Source: Nitrospirota bacterium (lineage in GTDB: Bacteria > Nitrospirota > UBA9217). From it: DNA of 64,000 bases. The notes under the pieces were generated by a model. It was given only the letters and a program-made list of their open reading frames with translations, did not search any database and was not told the DNA's origin. Shown piece by piece: positions 54,214 through 64,000 of the stretch. The position numbers and the translations under genes were made by a program. The stretch spans positions 1,856,001-1,920,000 of the forward strand of contig CAWCKW010000012.1 in NCBI GenBank assembly GCA_963796285.1, written 5' to 3'. The number at the start of each line of letters is the position of its first letter. Positions within the stretch are counted from its first letter, which is position 1.

Positions 54214-54390
54214 TTAGCCGTTTCCGTCCTCTCGTTCCGAAAATAGGGAGATCACGAATATAAGCGCAATGAAAACAAACCAGATGACGAAGAGGTAGGT
54301 TGTCAGACTGTCCCTGAAAATGCTCATGATGGGCCAGCTGAAGAGCAGGATGCCGATGACGATCAAAAATATCCAGATATCTCTTCGCAC
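54214..54390 (-). CDS. Small two-TM protein abutting the kinase start (CbrX-like position)
   Basis: LLFSWP..YLFVIW; its TAA is immediately followed by the kinase TTG. Confidence 0.7.
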   Translation of the reverse strand: MRRDIWIFLIVIGILLFSWPIMSIFRDSLTTYLFVIWFVFIALIFVISLFSEREDGNG

Positions 54391-54720
54391 CAGAATCCCC
54401 TCACTCGGCGAGTTCCCGCCCTGCGCGACGACGACCGGACCGACGTACGCGATCATAATAGCACAATTTTAACACAAATCATCGTTAAAAAACATATTGC
54501 TCGAACGGGCCCGCCACTTGTTAAACGAGCCGAAGGGAGTAATGCGGGGAGAATCGAAAGCGGGATCGGAAGATCGTCTAGCCTGTTGAGAAGCATGGAT
54601 AGCGGCAGAGCGGGATCGCCCTGCGCCCAGGGACTTCATACCTCGATAGTGAGTAACCTTGTGAGGAACAGGGGCTGATGCCATGAAAAAGGACCTGCCC
54701 CCACTACGTTCCTGAGTGCG

Positions 54721-56617
54721 TTACTCCCGAAACGACATTTTGAGCTCATACATCCCGCCTTCGGCGCGCTTTTCAATGACGAACCCCATATGATCGAACA
54801 ACTGGAGCATCTGCCGGTTTTCCATGAGCACCGCCGCGGTGAATCCGTGGAGGCCGCTTTTTCTGGCCAGATACGTTACATAGGAGAGCAGCGCGGCGCC
54901 GATCCCCCTGCCCTGGTAGTCGTCGCGCACCACAAAGGCAACTTCGGCGGTGTGCGTGTTCTCATCGATCAGATACTGCGCCATGCCCACGAACATTTCC
55001 TGCTCCTCCTGCTGGACCACGGCGAGGATCACCATCTCTTTGGTGTAATCGATAACGACAAAAGGCTGGAGCCGTTCGTGGTGCATGTCGGGCCGCGTGG
55101 AGATGAACCTCCGATACATGGAATCATTCGACAGGGAGTAGAAAAAATCCTTTAATAAATGTTCATCATTCATTTTTACCGGCCGGAGCAGGAGATCGAG
55201 CCCCGTGCGCGTGGTCTTGTAACGCTTCGAGCTTTTCGGGGTACTCGCCGTGCACGCCGGGAATGAAGGCCTGGTCCTTGTAGATGAGCCTGCGTTCCTT
55301 TGCCTCCTCGATGAGCCGTTCCCGGAACTTCGGGTGCGCGATCGCGATCAGGTCCATGGCTCGCTCGCGGATGTTCTTGCCGTGGAGGTAGGCGATGCCG
55401 TATTCGGTGACCACGTAGTGGATATCGCCGCGCGAAAGAGTCACGCCGGCGCCTTCCGTCAGGAAGGGAACGATGCGCGAGACCTCTTCGTTCTCGGCCG
55501 TGGACTGGAGCGCCAGGATGGTCTTGCCGCCTTTCGACAGGATCGCGCCGCGCATGAAGTCTGCCTGGCCGCCGATGCCGCTGTAGAACATCTTGCCGAT
55601 TGACTCGGCCGTGGCCTGGCCCGAAAGGTCGATCTCGAGAGCGCTGTTGATGGCCGTCATGTTCTTCTGGCGCGCGAGGACCGTCGGATCATTCGTATAG
55701 TCCACGGGCCGGAACTCGATGGCCGGGTTGTCGTGCAGGAACTCGTAGGTATCGCGCTTGCCCATGCAGAACGCGGCCACGGTCTTGCCGCGGTTCAGCT
55801 CCTTGCGCGAGTTGTCGACAACGCGCTGCCGCATGAGCTCCACGATCCCGTCGGTCAACAGCTCGGTGTGCACGCCCAGGTGCTCCTTGTTCTTGAGATG
55901 GGCGAGGATCGCGTTCGGAATGCTCCCGTAGCCGACCTGAATGGTGTCGCCGTCCTGCACGATGCGCGCGACGTAGGTGCCGACCTTTTGGGATATCTCG
56001 TCGGACACGGTGTCCTCATATTCGAGGAGCGGCTCGTCGCAGGGAATGATGAAGTCCACGTCCTTGATATTGATGAACGTCTCGCCCAGCACCCGCGGCA
56101 TGCGGGGGTTCACCTGGGCGATGACGAGCGATGCGTTTTCCGCCGCGGCCTTCACGATGTCCACGCTGATGCCGAGGCTCATGAACCCGTGCTCGTCCGG
56201 CGGCGAGGTCTGGATAAGGGCCACGTCCACAGGCACAAGCTTTTTTTGGAACAGGCCGGGCACCTGGGAAAGAAAGACGGGCGTATAATCCGCGAGCCCG
56301 CGGTTCACGGCTTCGCGCGTATTGTGACCGATGAAGAACGAGTTGTGCCGGAAATTGTCCTTGAACTTCTCGTCAGCGTAGGGCGCGACGCCCAGGGTCC
56401 ATACCTGGAGGAGTTCGGCGTCGAAGAAGGACTTGGGGTGGGACCGTACGTAGTTGATGAGCGCCTTGACGAGATATTGGGGCTCACCGCACCCCGTGCC
56501 GATAAAAATCCGGTTGCCCGGGTGGATGACGCTGAATATCCGCTCTTCAGTAGGGAATTTTTCGGGATAGAGCGCGCGCATCCCTTCAATTTTTTTATTC
56601 AGCTCCCCGGCTGGCAT
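54721..56617 (-). CDS. Acetyl-CoA hydrolase/CoA-transferase fused to a Pat-like GNAT (frameshift near 55224)
   Basis: GVHTE, GGQADF, YVVTEYG, IAHPKFR; removing 1 nt joins to LLRPVKMND..AEVAFVVRDDYQGRGIG. Confidence 0.88.
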
Positions 56618-56681
56618 GACAGCTCCTTTCTCATGATGAATTATAGCAGAGGATGCGACCGATGTAAAGAGTTTTGACGAA

Positions 56682-56697
56682 TGTGAATTGACTCACA
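56682..56697. promoter_or_regulatory. CRP-type (or Rex-like) palindromic operator
   Basis: TGTGA-ATTGAC-TCACA in a divergent intergenic region. Confidence 0.6.
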
Positions 56698-56941
56698 ATA
56701 ACCGTTACCCAAGCAAATTCCGAACTACATCGGGAAACGGACACCGTGGAACATTTGTGCTATACTATCAAGTATCTGACGCCCCCTCATTCTTTTAGCC
56801 ATTCCTTTAAACAGCATATCGGGAGCACAACGTAGTGATACTCTTTCTGCAACGCAAGTCAGACGTCAAGTTTATTTGTTGTTCCTGTATGCTCCAAACC
56901 GGGAATGCTGCAGGGCACTATTGGAAAAATGGAGCGAGACA

Positions 56942-59900
56942 ATGAACACGTTGCTGAGAATTCTCCTGGTAGAAGATAACCCGGACGATATAGACCTGAT
57001 CCGGCAGATGCTGAGAGAAACAGGGGTGGGCATCTTCAGCGTCGAGTCGGTACCGAGTTTGTCCGAGGCGTTGTCCCGGTTGAAAGGCAATGCTATCGAT
57101 CTCGTATTGCTTGATCTCGGTTTGCCTGACAGCAAGGGCATGGATACGTTTATCAAACTGCAAGCCGCGGTGCCGGATGCGCCGATAATAATTTTGACGG
57201 GCAACACGGACCAGAACGCCGCAGTCACTGCGTTCAGGGAGGGAGCCCAGGATTACCTCATCAAAGGACAACTAAGTGGAAGCATTATTACCCGCGCGGT
57301 CCGTTACGCTGTCGAACGCAAGCAGGCTGAGTCAGCCCTGCGTCAGAGTGAGGAAAAATACAGAAGCCTGGTGGACAATGTCGAGATCGGGGTTTCGCTT
57401 ATCAGCCCTGAAATGAAAATCATCGCGTTGAACAGGAAGATGAAGGAATGGTTTCCGAACGTCGATGTTGCGAAGGAGCCGGTGTGCTACCGCGCGTTCA
57501 ACAGTCCGCCACGGGAAGGCGCCTGCTCGTATTGTCCGACGTGCAAGACCCTGCAGGATGGGATGGTGCACGAATCCATCACCGAGACCCCCGCCGGCGA
57601 TGCAATACGAAATTACCGCGTTGTCTCTAGTCCGGTGCGCGACGGCGCCGGCAAGGTCATCGCCGCGCTTGAAATGGTCGAGGACATCACCGAGCGGAAA
57701 GCGGCGGAGGACGCTCTTCGAAAAAGCGAGGCGCGCTACCGGTCTCTCTTCGAAAACATGCTTGAGGGTTATGCTTATTGCAAGATGCTTTTTTCGAATG
57801 ATAAACCGGAAGACTTCATCTATCTTCATGTCAATGCCGCATTCGAAACCCTGACCGGATTGAAAAATGCGGTCGGTAAAAAAGTATCCGAAGTAATTCC
57901 GGGGATAAAAGAGTCAGACCCGGGCTTAATTGAAACTTACGGCAGGGTCGCTCTGACCGGCAAACCGGAGAGATTTGAGACATATGTGCAGGGCCTGCAG
58001 ATGTGGTTTTCGATCTCGGTATACAGCCCGGAAAAAGAATTTTTTGTTGCTGTCTTTGATGTCATCACCGAACGCAAACGGGTGGAAGAGGCCTTGAGGA
58101 CAAGTGAGGAGAATTTCCGCGAGCTCATCGAAAACGGGTCGGATATTATCTCCCAAATCGATGGGCGCGGAACAATTCTGTATGAAAGCCCGTCCATCGA
58201 ACGCGTACTCGGGCACCGTCCGAACGATATCCAGGGGAAAAAAGCATTTGAATTTATTCACCCCGACGACATCGCGGCTGTCGCTAACGCTATTTCACAG
58301 GGAATAGCTAACCCCGGCGCGATGTATTCCATTGAATACCGATTCAAACATCACGACGGAACATGGAGAACGCTGGAGTCCGTAGGCAAGTCCATTAAGA
58401 GTCCATCGGGCGCCACGGGAGCTATCGTGAACTCACGGGACATCACCGATCGCAAGCGGGCGGAGAGTGCCCTGGCAGAGAAGGAAGCCCGCCTGCGCCT
58501 CCTGGTAGAAACCATCCCCGATATGGTCTGGCTGAAAGACGTTGACGGGAGGTATTTGAGCTGCAATAAGATGTTCGGGCAATACTTCGGAGCCAAGGAG
58601 TCTGAAATTGTCGGCAAGACAGACTATGACTTTGTCGTCAAGGAACTGGCTGACTTCATTCGCGATAACGACAACAAGGCCATGGCCGCGGGCAAGCCCA
58701 GCAGCAGCATGGATTGGATCACCTTCGCCAGCGATGGCCGTCGCGCGTTGCTGAATACGATCAAAACACCGATGTTCGATGCCGGGGGCAAACTCCTCGG
58801 CGTACTGGGCATCGGCCGTGACATCACCGAGTATCAAAAGCTCGAAGAACAGCTCCGCCATGCGCAGAAGATGGAGAGCATAGGCACCCTTGCCGGAGGC
58901 ATAGCCCATGATTTCAACAATATCCTGTCCGCCATCATCGGCTATGGGCATGTGACCCTCATGAAGATGCCGAAGGACGACCCGTTGCGGATGAATATCG
59001 AGCACATCCTGGAGTCAGCGGACCGCGCTGCCGCGCTCACCCAGAGTCTTCTTGCCTTCAGCCGAAAGCAGGCCATTGACCGGAAGCCGGTTGACCTGAA
59101 CAAGATACTCAATAAAGTGGAAAAATTCCTGGTACGCGTCATCGGAGAGGATGTCGAGGTCCATATGGCCCTGGAGAAGACGACCTTGACGCTTTTTGCA
59201 GATGCGGGCCAGCTGGAGCAGGTATTTATGAACCTTGCAACGAATGCGCGGGATGCGATGCCGAATGGCGGGTCGTTCACGATAGAGTCGGCGATCACGG
59301 AGCTGGACAACAGCTTTGTGGCAGCCCATGGCTACGGGAAGACGGGGACCTATGCCTTGATATCCGCCACCGACACCGGTGAGGGAATGACCGAGCAAAT
59401 CAGGGTAAAGATCTTTGAACCCTTCTTCACGACCAAGGAGGTCGGCAAGGGAACGGGGCTCGGGCTGGCCATGGTATATGGCATCATCAAACAACATGAG
59501 GGCTTCATTAACGTATACAGTGAACCGGGCAAGGGCACGACCTTCAGGATCTATCTTCCGCTGATCAAGACCGACGCAATGGAGGAGCAGCAAATAATTG
59601 CCCCAGAGCTTGTGAAAGGCGGTACGGAAACGATCCTTTTAGCCGAGGATGATGCGACTGTGAGGAAACTCACTCTACTCGTTCTTGAGCAAATGGGATA
59701 TACGGTCATCGTTGCGAACGACGGTGAAGAGGCGGTAACGAAATTCATGGAAAATAAAGACAGGATACAGCTGCTTCTGTTCGACATTATCATGCCGAAG
59801 AAGAACGGCAAAGAGGCTTATGAAGAGATCAAAAAGATAAAGCCCGACATGCCGGTCCTCTTTGCAAGCGGATATTCACCGGAGATGCTTCGCGTCAAGG

Positions 59901-59995
59901 CGTTGGTCGATGATGACGTCCCACTGGTCTACAAACCCATATCGCCGCAGAATTTATTGAAAAAGGTGAGAGAGGTGCTGGACCGGGAAAAGTAG
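56942..59995 (+). CDS. Soluble hybrid kinase REC-4xPAS-HisKA-HATPase-REC
   Basis: LVEDN..LDLGLPD, PAS/PAC repeats, [25 protein letters not shown]. Confidence 0.93.
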   Translation: MNTLLRILLVEDNPDDIDLIRQMLRETGVGIFSVESVPSLSEALSRLKGNAIDLVLLDLGLPDSKGMDTFIKLQAAVPDAPIIILTGNTDQNAAVTAFREGAQDYLIKGQLSGSIITRAVRYAVERKQAESALRQSEEKYRSLVDNVEIGVSLISPEMKIIALNRKMKEWFPNVDVAKEPVCYRAFNSPPREGACSYCPTCKTLQDGMVHESITETPAGDAIRNYRVVSSPVRDGAGKVIAALEMVEDITERKAAEDALRKSEARYRSLFENMLEGYAYCKMLFSNDKPEDFIYLHVNAAFETLTGLKNAVGKKVSEVIPGIKESDPGLIETYGRVALTGKPERFETYVQGLQMWFSISVYSPEKEFFVAVFDVITERKRVEEALRTSEENFRELIENGSDIISQIDGRGTILYESPSIERVLGHRPNDIQGKKAFEFIHPDDIAAVANAISQGIANPGAMYSIEYRFKHHDGTWRTLESVGKSIKSPSGATGAIVNSRDITDRKRAESALAEKEARLRLLVETIPDMVWLKDVDGRYLSCNKMFGQYFGAKESEIVGKTDYDFVVKELADFIRDNDNKAMAAGKPSSSMDWITFASDGRRALLNTIKTPMFDAGGKLLGVLGIGRDITEYQKLEEQLRHAQKMESIGTLAGGIAHDFNNILSAIIGYGHVTLMKMPKDDPLRMNIEHILESADRAAALTQSLLAFSRKQAIDRKPVDLNKILNKVEKFLVRVIGEDVEVHMALEKTTLTLFADAGQLEQVFMNLATNARDAMPNGGSFTIESAITELDNSFVAAHGYGKTGTYALISATDTGEGMTEQIRVKIFEPFFTTKEVGKGTGLGLAMVYGIIKQHEGFINVYSEPGKGTTFRIYLPLIKTDAMEEQQIIAPELVKGGTETILLAEDDATVRKLTLLVLEQMGYTVIVANDGEEAVTKFMENKDRIQLLLFDIIMPKKNGKEAYEEIKKIKPDMPVLFASGYSPEMLRVKALVDDDVPLVYKPISPQNLLKKVREVLDREK

Positions 59996-60012
59996 CGTTC
60001 AGAATGCGCGTC

Positions 60013-62562
60013 TTACCTTTCCGCAAATCGGCGAAAAAACCACTGTTTGATGCCTTCTACGGCAAAGAGATAGAACAACACCAGGCCTGACAGGATCGCA
60101 TAGAACGACAATGGCGGCGGCACGAACCCGAAGTACCTGCCAAGCGGTGTGAACGGGATCGCCGTTGCAAGGCATACGACCGAAAGAGAACACAGGGCAA
60201 GCCATAAATTGGGACGACTTTTAAACGGATTGCGGCGGGTACGGATAATAAAAATAACGAGCACCTGCGTTGCCATTGACTCGATGAACCAGCCCGTATG
60301 GAAAAGCTTTTCCCCGGCATGGAACAGATGCAGCATGATGTAAAAGGTCAGGAAGTCGAAGGCCGAGCTCACCGGCCCCACAGACAGCATGAAGTTGCGG
60401 ATGAAGTTCATGTTCCAATGCCGGGGCTGGGTGAGATATTCTTCATCGACGCTATCGAGCGGGATGGGGATTTCCGAAACATCGTAGAGAAGATTGTTCA
60501 AAAGGATCTGCACCGGCAGCATGGGAAGAAAGGGCAGGAAGAGGGTTGCCCCGGCCATGCTGAACATGTTCCCGAAATTGGAGCTCGTTCCCATCATGAT
60601 GTATTTCATGATGTTGCCGAAGGTGCGCCGGCCTTCCATGACCCCTTCGTGGAGCACGTTCAGGTCCTGCTCCAGAAGGATCATCTCCGCCGCGCTTTTT
60701 GCCACGTCCACGGCTGAGTCCACGGAAATGCCGATGTCCGCTGAATGGAGCGAGGGAGCGTCATTGATGCCATCGCCCATATACCCGACAACCCTGCCTC
60801 GCTGCTTTAATGCAAGGATGACCCGGTTCTTCTGCGCAGGGTTGACACGGCAAAAGAGATTCACATTCTCAACAACGGCCGAAAGCGCGTGGTCATCCAT
60901 GCCCTGCATCTCCGCGCCGGTCAAGATCCCGGTTATGGGCAGGCGGAGTTTCTCACAGATATGCCGCGTCACCAGTTCATTGTCACCTGTCACGACCTTG
61001 ACTGCCACGCCTGCGAGGGTCAGTTTGGCTAACGCAGCTTTGGCGCTCTCCTTCGGGGGATCGAGAAAAGCGGCGAACCCGGCAAAGACCAGCGCTGTCT
61101 CATCATCGATCACCCCATGATGTTCTGTTTGTTCTACTCGCTTCCACGCGATGCCGAGCACACGGAAGCCGTCACGCGCAAACGTTTCTGCGAGGGCCTG
61201 TATCCGGACTAGGCCGGCTTTGTCCAGTTCTTTTAGGTCCGTGTCTCCATTTTCCTCATAATGGGTAGAGAGACGAAGGATGTCCTCTGGAGCGCCTTTG
61301 ATGACGAGGAGCCTGTGTTGCCCATTATCAACGATCACCGAAACACGACGCCGCTCAAAATCGAACGGGACCTCGTCGATCTTCTTCCAGGAACTTGTCT
61401 CGATCTCTTTGTGCTCGAGAATGGCGTCATCCATCGGGCTCCGCAGTCCCGATTCAAAGAAACTATTCAGGTATGCCAGTTCAAGAACGCGGCTGCTGTC
61501 CTGGCCAAGGGCGTCCACGTGGCGCTCCAGATGGATGCGGGCTTCGGTGAGCGTACCGGTCTTGTCCGTACACAGCACCTCCATGCTCCCGAGGTTATGA
61601 ATGGATTCGAGCCGTTTTACGATCACCTTCTTCTTTGCCATGCGCATGGCGCCCCGCGCCAGGGTCACGGAAACCACCATGGGCAGGAGTTCGGGAGTGA
61701 GCCCGACGGCAAGGGCCACGGCAAAGAGGAAGGATTCGAGCCACGGACGATGGAAATACGCATTGGCCAATAAAACAAAGAGGACGAGCAGGATCGTAAA
61801 CCGCATGATCAGGAGCCCGAAGCGCTGGGTCCCCTGTTCAAAAGAGGTGGGAGGCGCCTTTGTAGTGAGCGAATCAGAAATCTCGCCCAAAGAGGTGTTC
61901 GGTCCGGTGCGGCAGATGAGCACCGTGGCGGTGCCGCTCACCACCGACGTGCCCATGAACACGGAGTTTACTGCATCAGCCATATCCAGCCCCGCGTCAG
62001 GCAGCTCGCGGGGAAACTTTTCAACAGGATAGGATTCGCCGGTCAGGAGCGCCTGCTTCACAAAGAAATCCTGAGCAACAAGCACCCGCCCGTCACCCGG
62101 GATCAGATCGCCTGCGGAAAGAGACACCACATCCCCGGGCACCAGCGTTGCCGCGGGAATCTCGATGCCCTTCCCGTCGCGCAGCGCCTGGACGCGGATA
62201 GCCACTGACTGGCGCAATTCTTCTGCTGCCTTGCCTGCGCGGCGTTCCTGGATAAAATCCAGGGTCACGCTCATGACCACAATGGCGGTGATGATCAAGA
62301 AGCTGGTCACGTCTCCGGTGAAGGCGGAGACAGCGCTGGCGATGAGGAGGATGATGACGAGAGGGTTTTTGAACCTGGCGAGGAACTGAAGGACCAGCGC
62401 CCGTTTCCGCGGAGGCCGCAGCATATTCGGCCCGGCCGACTTCAGCCGGTCAGTCGCGTCGCTGCTCGAGAGGCCCGCGGCGGTCGTATTCAACTGCTTC
62501 AGGAGTTCAGGAGCAGCTTGCTGCCAGAAAACACTTTCCACCTTTGATGGGGAAATCGTCAT
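60013..62562 (-). CDS. mgtA: Mg2+-translocating P-type ATPase
   Basis: LTGES, LTPELLP, DKTGTLT, PFDFERRR, GDGINDA, SSNFGNMFS, LLNNLLYD. Confidence 0.93.
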   Translation of the reverse strand: MTISPSKVESVFWQQAAPELLKQLNTTAAGLSSSDATDRLKSAGPNMLRPPRKRALVLQFLARFKNPLVIILLIASAVSAFTGDVTSFLIITAIVVMSVTLDFIQERRAGKAAEELRQSVAIRVQALRDGKGIEIPAATLVPGDVVSLSAGDLIPGDGRVLVAQDFFVKQALLTGESYPVEKFPRELPDAGLDMADAVNSVFMGTSVVSGTATVLICRTGPNTSLGEISDSLTTKAPPTSFEQGTQRFGLLIMRFTILLVLFVLLANAYFHRPWLESFLFAVALAVGLTPELLPMVVSVTLARGAMRMAKKKVIVKRLESIHNLGSMEVLCTDKTGTLTEARIHLERHVDALGQDSSRVLELAYLNSFFESGLRSPMDDAILEHKEIETSSWKKIDEVPFDFERRRVSVIVDNGQHRLLVIKGAPEDILRLSTHYEENGDTDLKELDKAGLVRIQALAETFARDGFRVLGIAWKRVEQTEHHGVIDDETALVFAGFAAFLDPPKESAKAALAKLTLAGVAVKVVTGDNELVTRHICEKLRLPITGILTGAEMQGMDDHALSAVVENVNLFCRVNPAQKNRVILALKQRGRVVGYMGDGINDAPSLHSADIGISVDSAVDVAKSAAEMILLEQDLNVLHEGVMEGRRTFGNIMKYIMMGTSSNFGNMFSMAGATLFLPFLPMLPVQILLNNLLYDVSEIPIPLDSVDEEYLTQPRHWNMNFIRNFMLSVGPVSSAFDFLTFYIMLHLFHAGEKLFHTGWFIESMATQVLVIFIIRTRRNPFKSRPNLWLALCSLSVVCLATAIPFTPLGRYFGFVPPPLSFYAILSGLVLFYLFAVEGIKQWFFRRFAER

Positions 62563-62887
62563 CAAGCGTTCCTTTCAGAGGGGTGCGGCGTTGAAACCGG
62601 CTGGGTGCAGAAAAAGACAGGGTGATACGGTGTCGATTCAAATGAACAGCTTACATCAGAGTTCATCTTCCAGAATGATCGATCATCATTGGAACGGATG
62701 TGTTCAGGTTCGTTTCGCGGGCCGAGCTTCAGAATATTATTTCGTTTGCAGGAATACTATACGCCGGCAGACTTTAGGCAACCGGCATTCTTATTGGATC
62801 ATGATTGCCTTGTGCCATCCCGGAAAAGATAACCGATCCGCTGGTCTCACGAGTGAGCTGCATGACGGACGAGGATCGTCCGGGACT

Positions 62888-64000
62888 TCATACCCCCGCC
62901 GTCTGCTGCCTTGCTTCCTCTGCACTTACAATGCGCATCCCAACTGCATAATGACGGGCGCCGTACTTTGTCGTCGGTTCAACGAGATGACACCAGATTA
63001 CCACGACCTCATGGCAGATGTCCCAATGCGGAGAATGGATCGTGATGCGGTGTCTGCTGCCGACATCAACGCTTTGGGCCGTTTCCACGCACACCCCTTT
63101 CGCGCTCATATTTATGATCTTGCCTTTTCCGATGTTCTCTAGTTCGGCCCACCACCGCTCGTCGCTCACGAGTCGATTGTCTGAGCGTTTCTTGCGCTGT
63201 TCGCCGGTTATCCACGAATCGACTTCCCGGCCATACTTGAACTGCTGCTTGTGCCGGTACATGAGGGCGTCCGCTTTCGCCATGAGATCTTGGAGCGATC
63301 CACGCTCCGCCGGATCGTAATAGGCAATACCGGTGCTGAATGAAAGCTGATACGGTCGTTCGCCGCTCGCGGTATAAGCAGCCACGTTCTGTTGAAGGTG
63401 CGAGGAGACGACCTGTTCAGTGGCGGTTCCCGGCGGGTTGTCGAACAGCACGGCGAATTCATCGCCTCCCAGCCTCGTGATGATGTCGGATTCACGAAAG
63501 GTTTTCTTCAACAGGTATGCCATGTCTTTCAGAGCGAGATCGCCCTGTTGATGGCTGAACCTGTCATTGATTTCCTTCATGTTGTTCAAGTCCAGATAGA
63601 GAAGCGCCAGGTGTCTTTTCTCGCGATGTGCCACGCGCAACTGGTGCTCCGCTGTCGTGAAGAACCCCCGCCTGTTGAGCAGCCCCGTAAGCTCATCCGT
63701 TGTGGCCGCTTCCCGCAGTTTTCTCTCCAACTTCCTCCGCACGGAAATGTCCCGGTAGACTTCGGCTAAGGACGCGACACTTCCGTCGGATGCAAAGATG
63801 GGCGTGCAGCTAGTGAGATAGTGCCCCTTCAGTCTCTCCACGAATCTCTCTTCGACCTGTTCTTTCCCCGTGGCAATGGCCAAGGCGCCGGGACAGGTGG
63901 AAAGCGGTTTTTCCAGGCCGCAGATGGTGTCATGGCACCGACTTCCGAGAAGATCATCGCGGTTGATTCCCAGCCGGTCGGCCAATGCCTTGTTTGCCCG
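62888..64000 (-). CDS. PAS-GGDEF-PilZ protein (5' end outside window)
   Basis: TDELTGLLNRRGF, RESD I-site, RLGGDEF; RSDNR..NMSAKG PilZ motif. Confidence 0.88.
   Translation of the reverse strand, partial: RANKALADRLGINRDDLLGSRCHDTICGLEKPLSTCPGALAIATGKEQVEERFVERLKGHYLTSCTPIFASDGSVASLAEVYRDISVRRKLERKLREAATTDELTGLLNRRGFFTTAEHQLRVAHREKRHLALLYLDLNNMKEINDRFSHQQGDLALKDMAYLLKKTFRESDIITRLGGDEFAVLFDNPPGTATEQVVSSHLQQNVAAYTASGERPYQLSFSTGIAYYDPAERGSLQDLMAKADALMYRHKQQFKYGREVDSWITGEQRKKRSDNRLVSDERWWAELENIGKGKIINMSAKGVCVETAQSVDVGSRHRITIHSPHWDICHEVVVIWCHLVEPTTKYGARHYAVGMRIVSAEEARQQTAGV

Noticed and set aside
62566-62887. M-box or fluoride riboswitch upstream of mgtA
   Set aside because: Consensus elements not recognisable by eye; an Rfam scan would be decisive

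Overview
A roughly 55-58% GC bacterial chromosomal window. Gene order and content suggest an anaerobic or microaerobic Nitrospirota- or Desulfobacterota-like organism (inference). In order, it contains: the 3' end of an alternative complex III (actB-C-D-E) followed by cydAB; a redox module (zinc peptidase, two paralogous small membrane proteins, cytochrome c3, HmcB/HmcC-like pair, 13-heme cytochrome, cytochrome b, heme-motif histidine kinase, NarL-type regulator); the core pheA-hisC-tyrA-aroA-cmk-ispH-rpsA-sppA-ihfB operon, with three of its gaps filled by repeat elements including a MITE with an 8-bp target-site duplication; a heme-motif GGDEF/EAL protein, msrA, a RACo/ASKHA protein, glgC, HPF-CSD, a membrane methyltransferase-like protein and pcm; an acetate locus (acs, actP, yjcH, DEDDh exonuclease, cNMP-CBS-DUF294 nucleotidyltransferase, CbrA/CrbS-type kinase with a sigma54 regulator, CoA-transferase-GNAT fusion); a hybrid kinase, mgtA and a partial PAS-GGDEF-PilZ gene. 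About ten genes, including aroA and hisC, carry single-base frameshifts that look like long-read indel errors. No rRNA, tRNA, CRISPR array or transposase was seen. All family calls come from motif recognition by eye, not from database searches.
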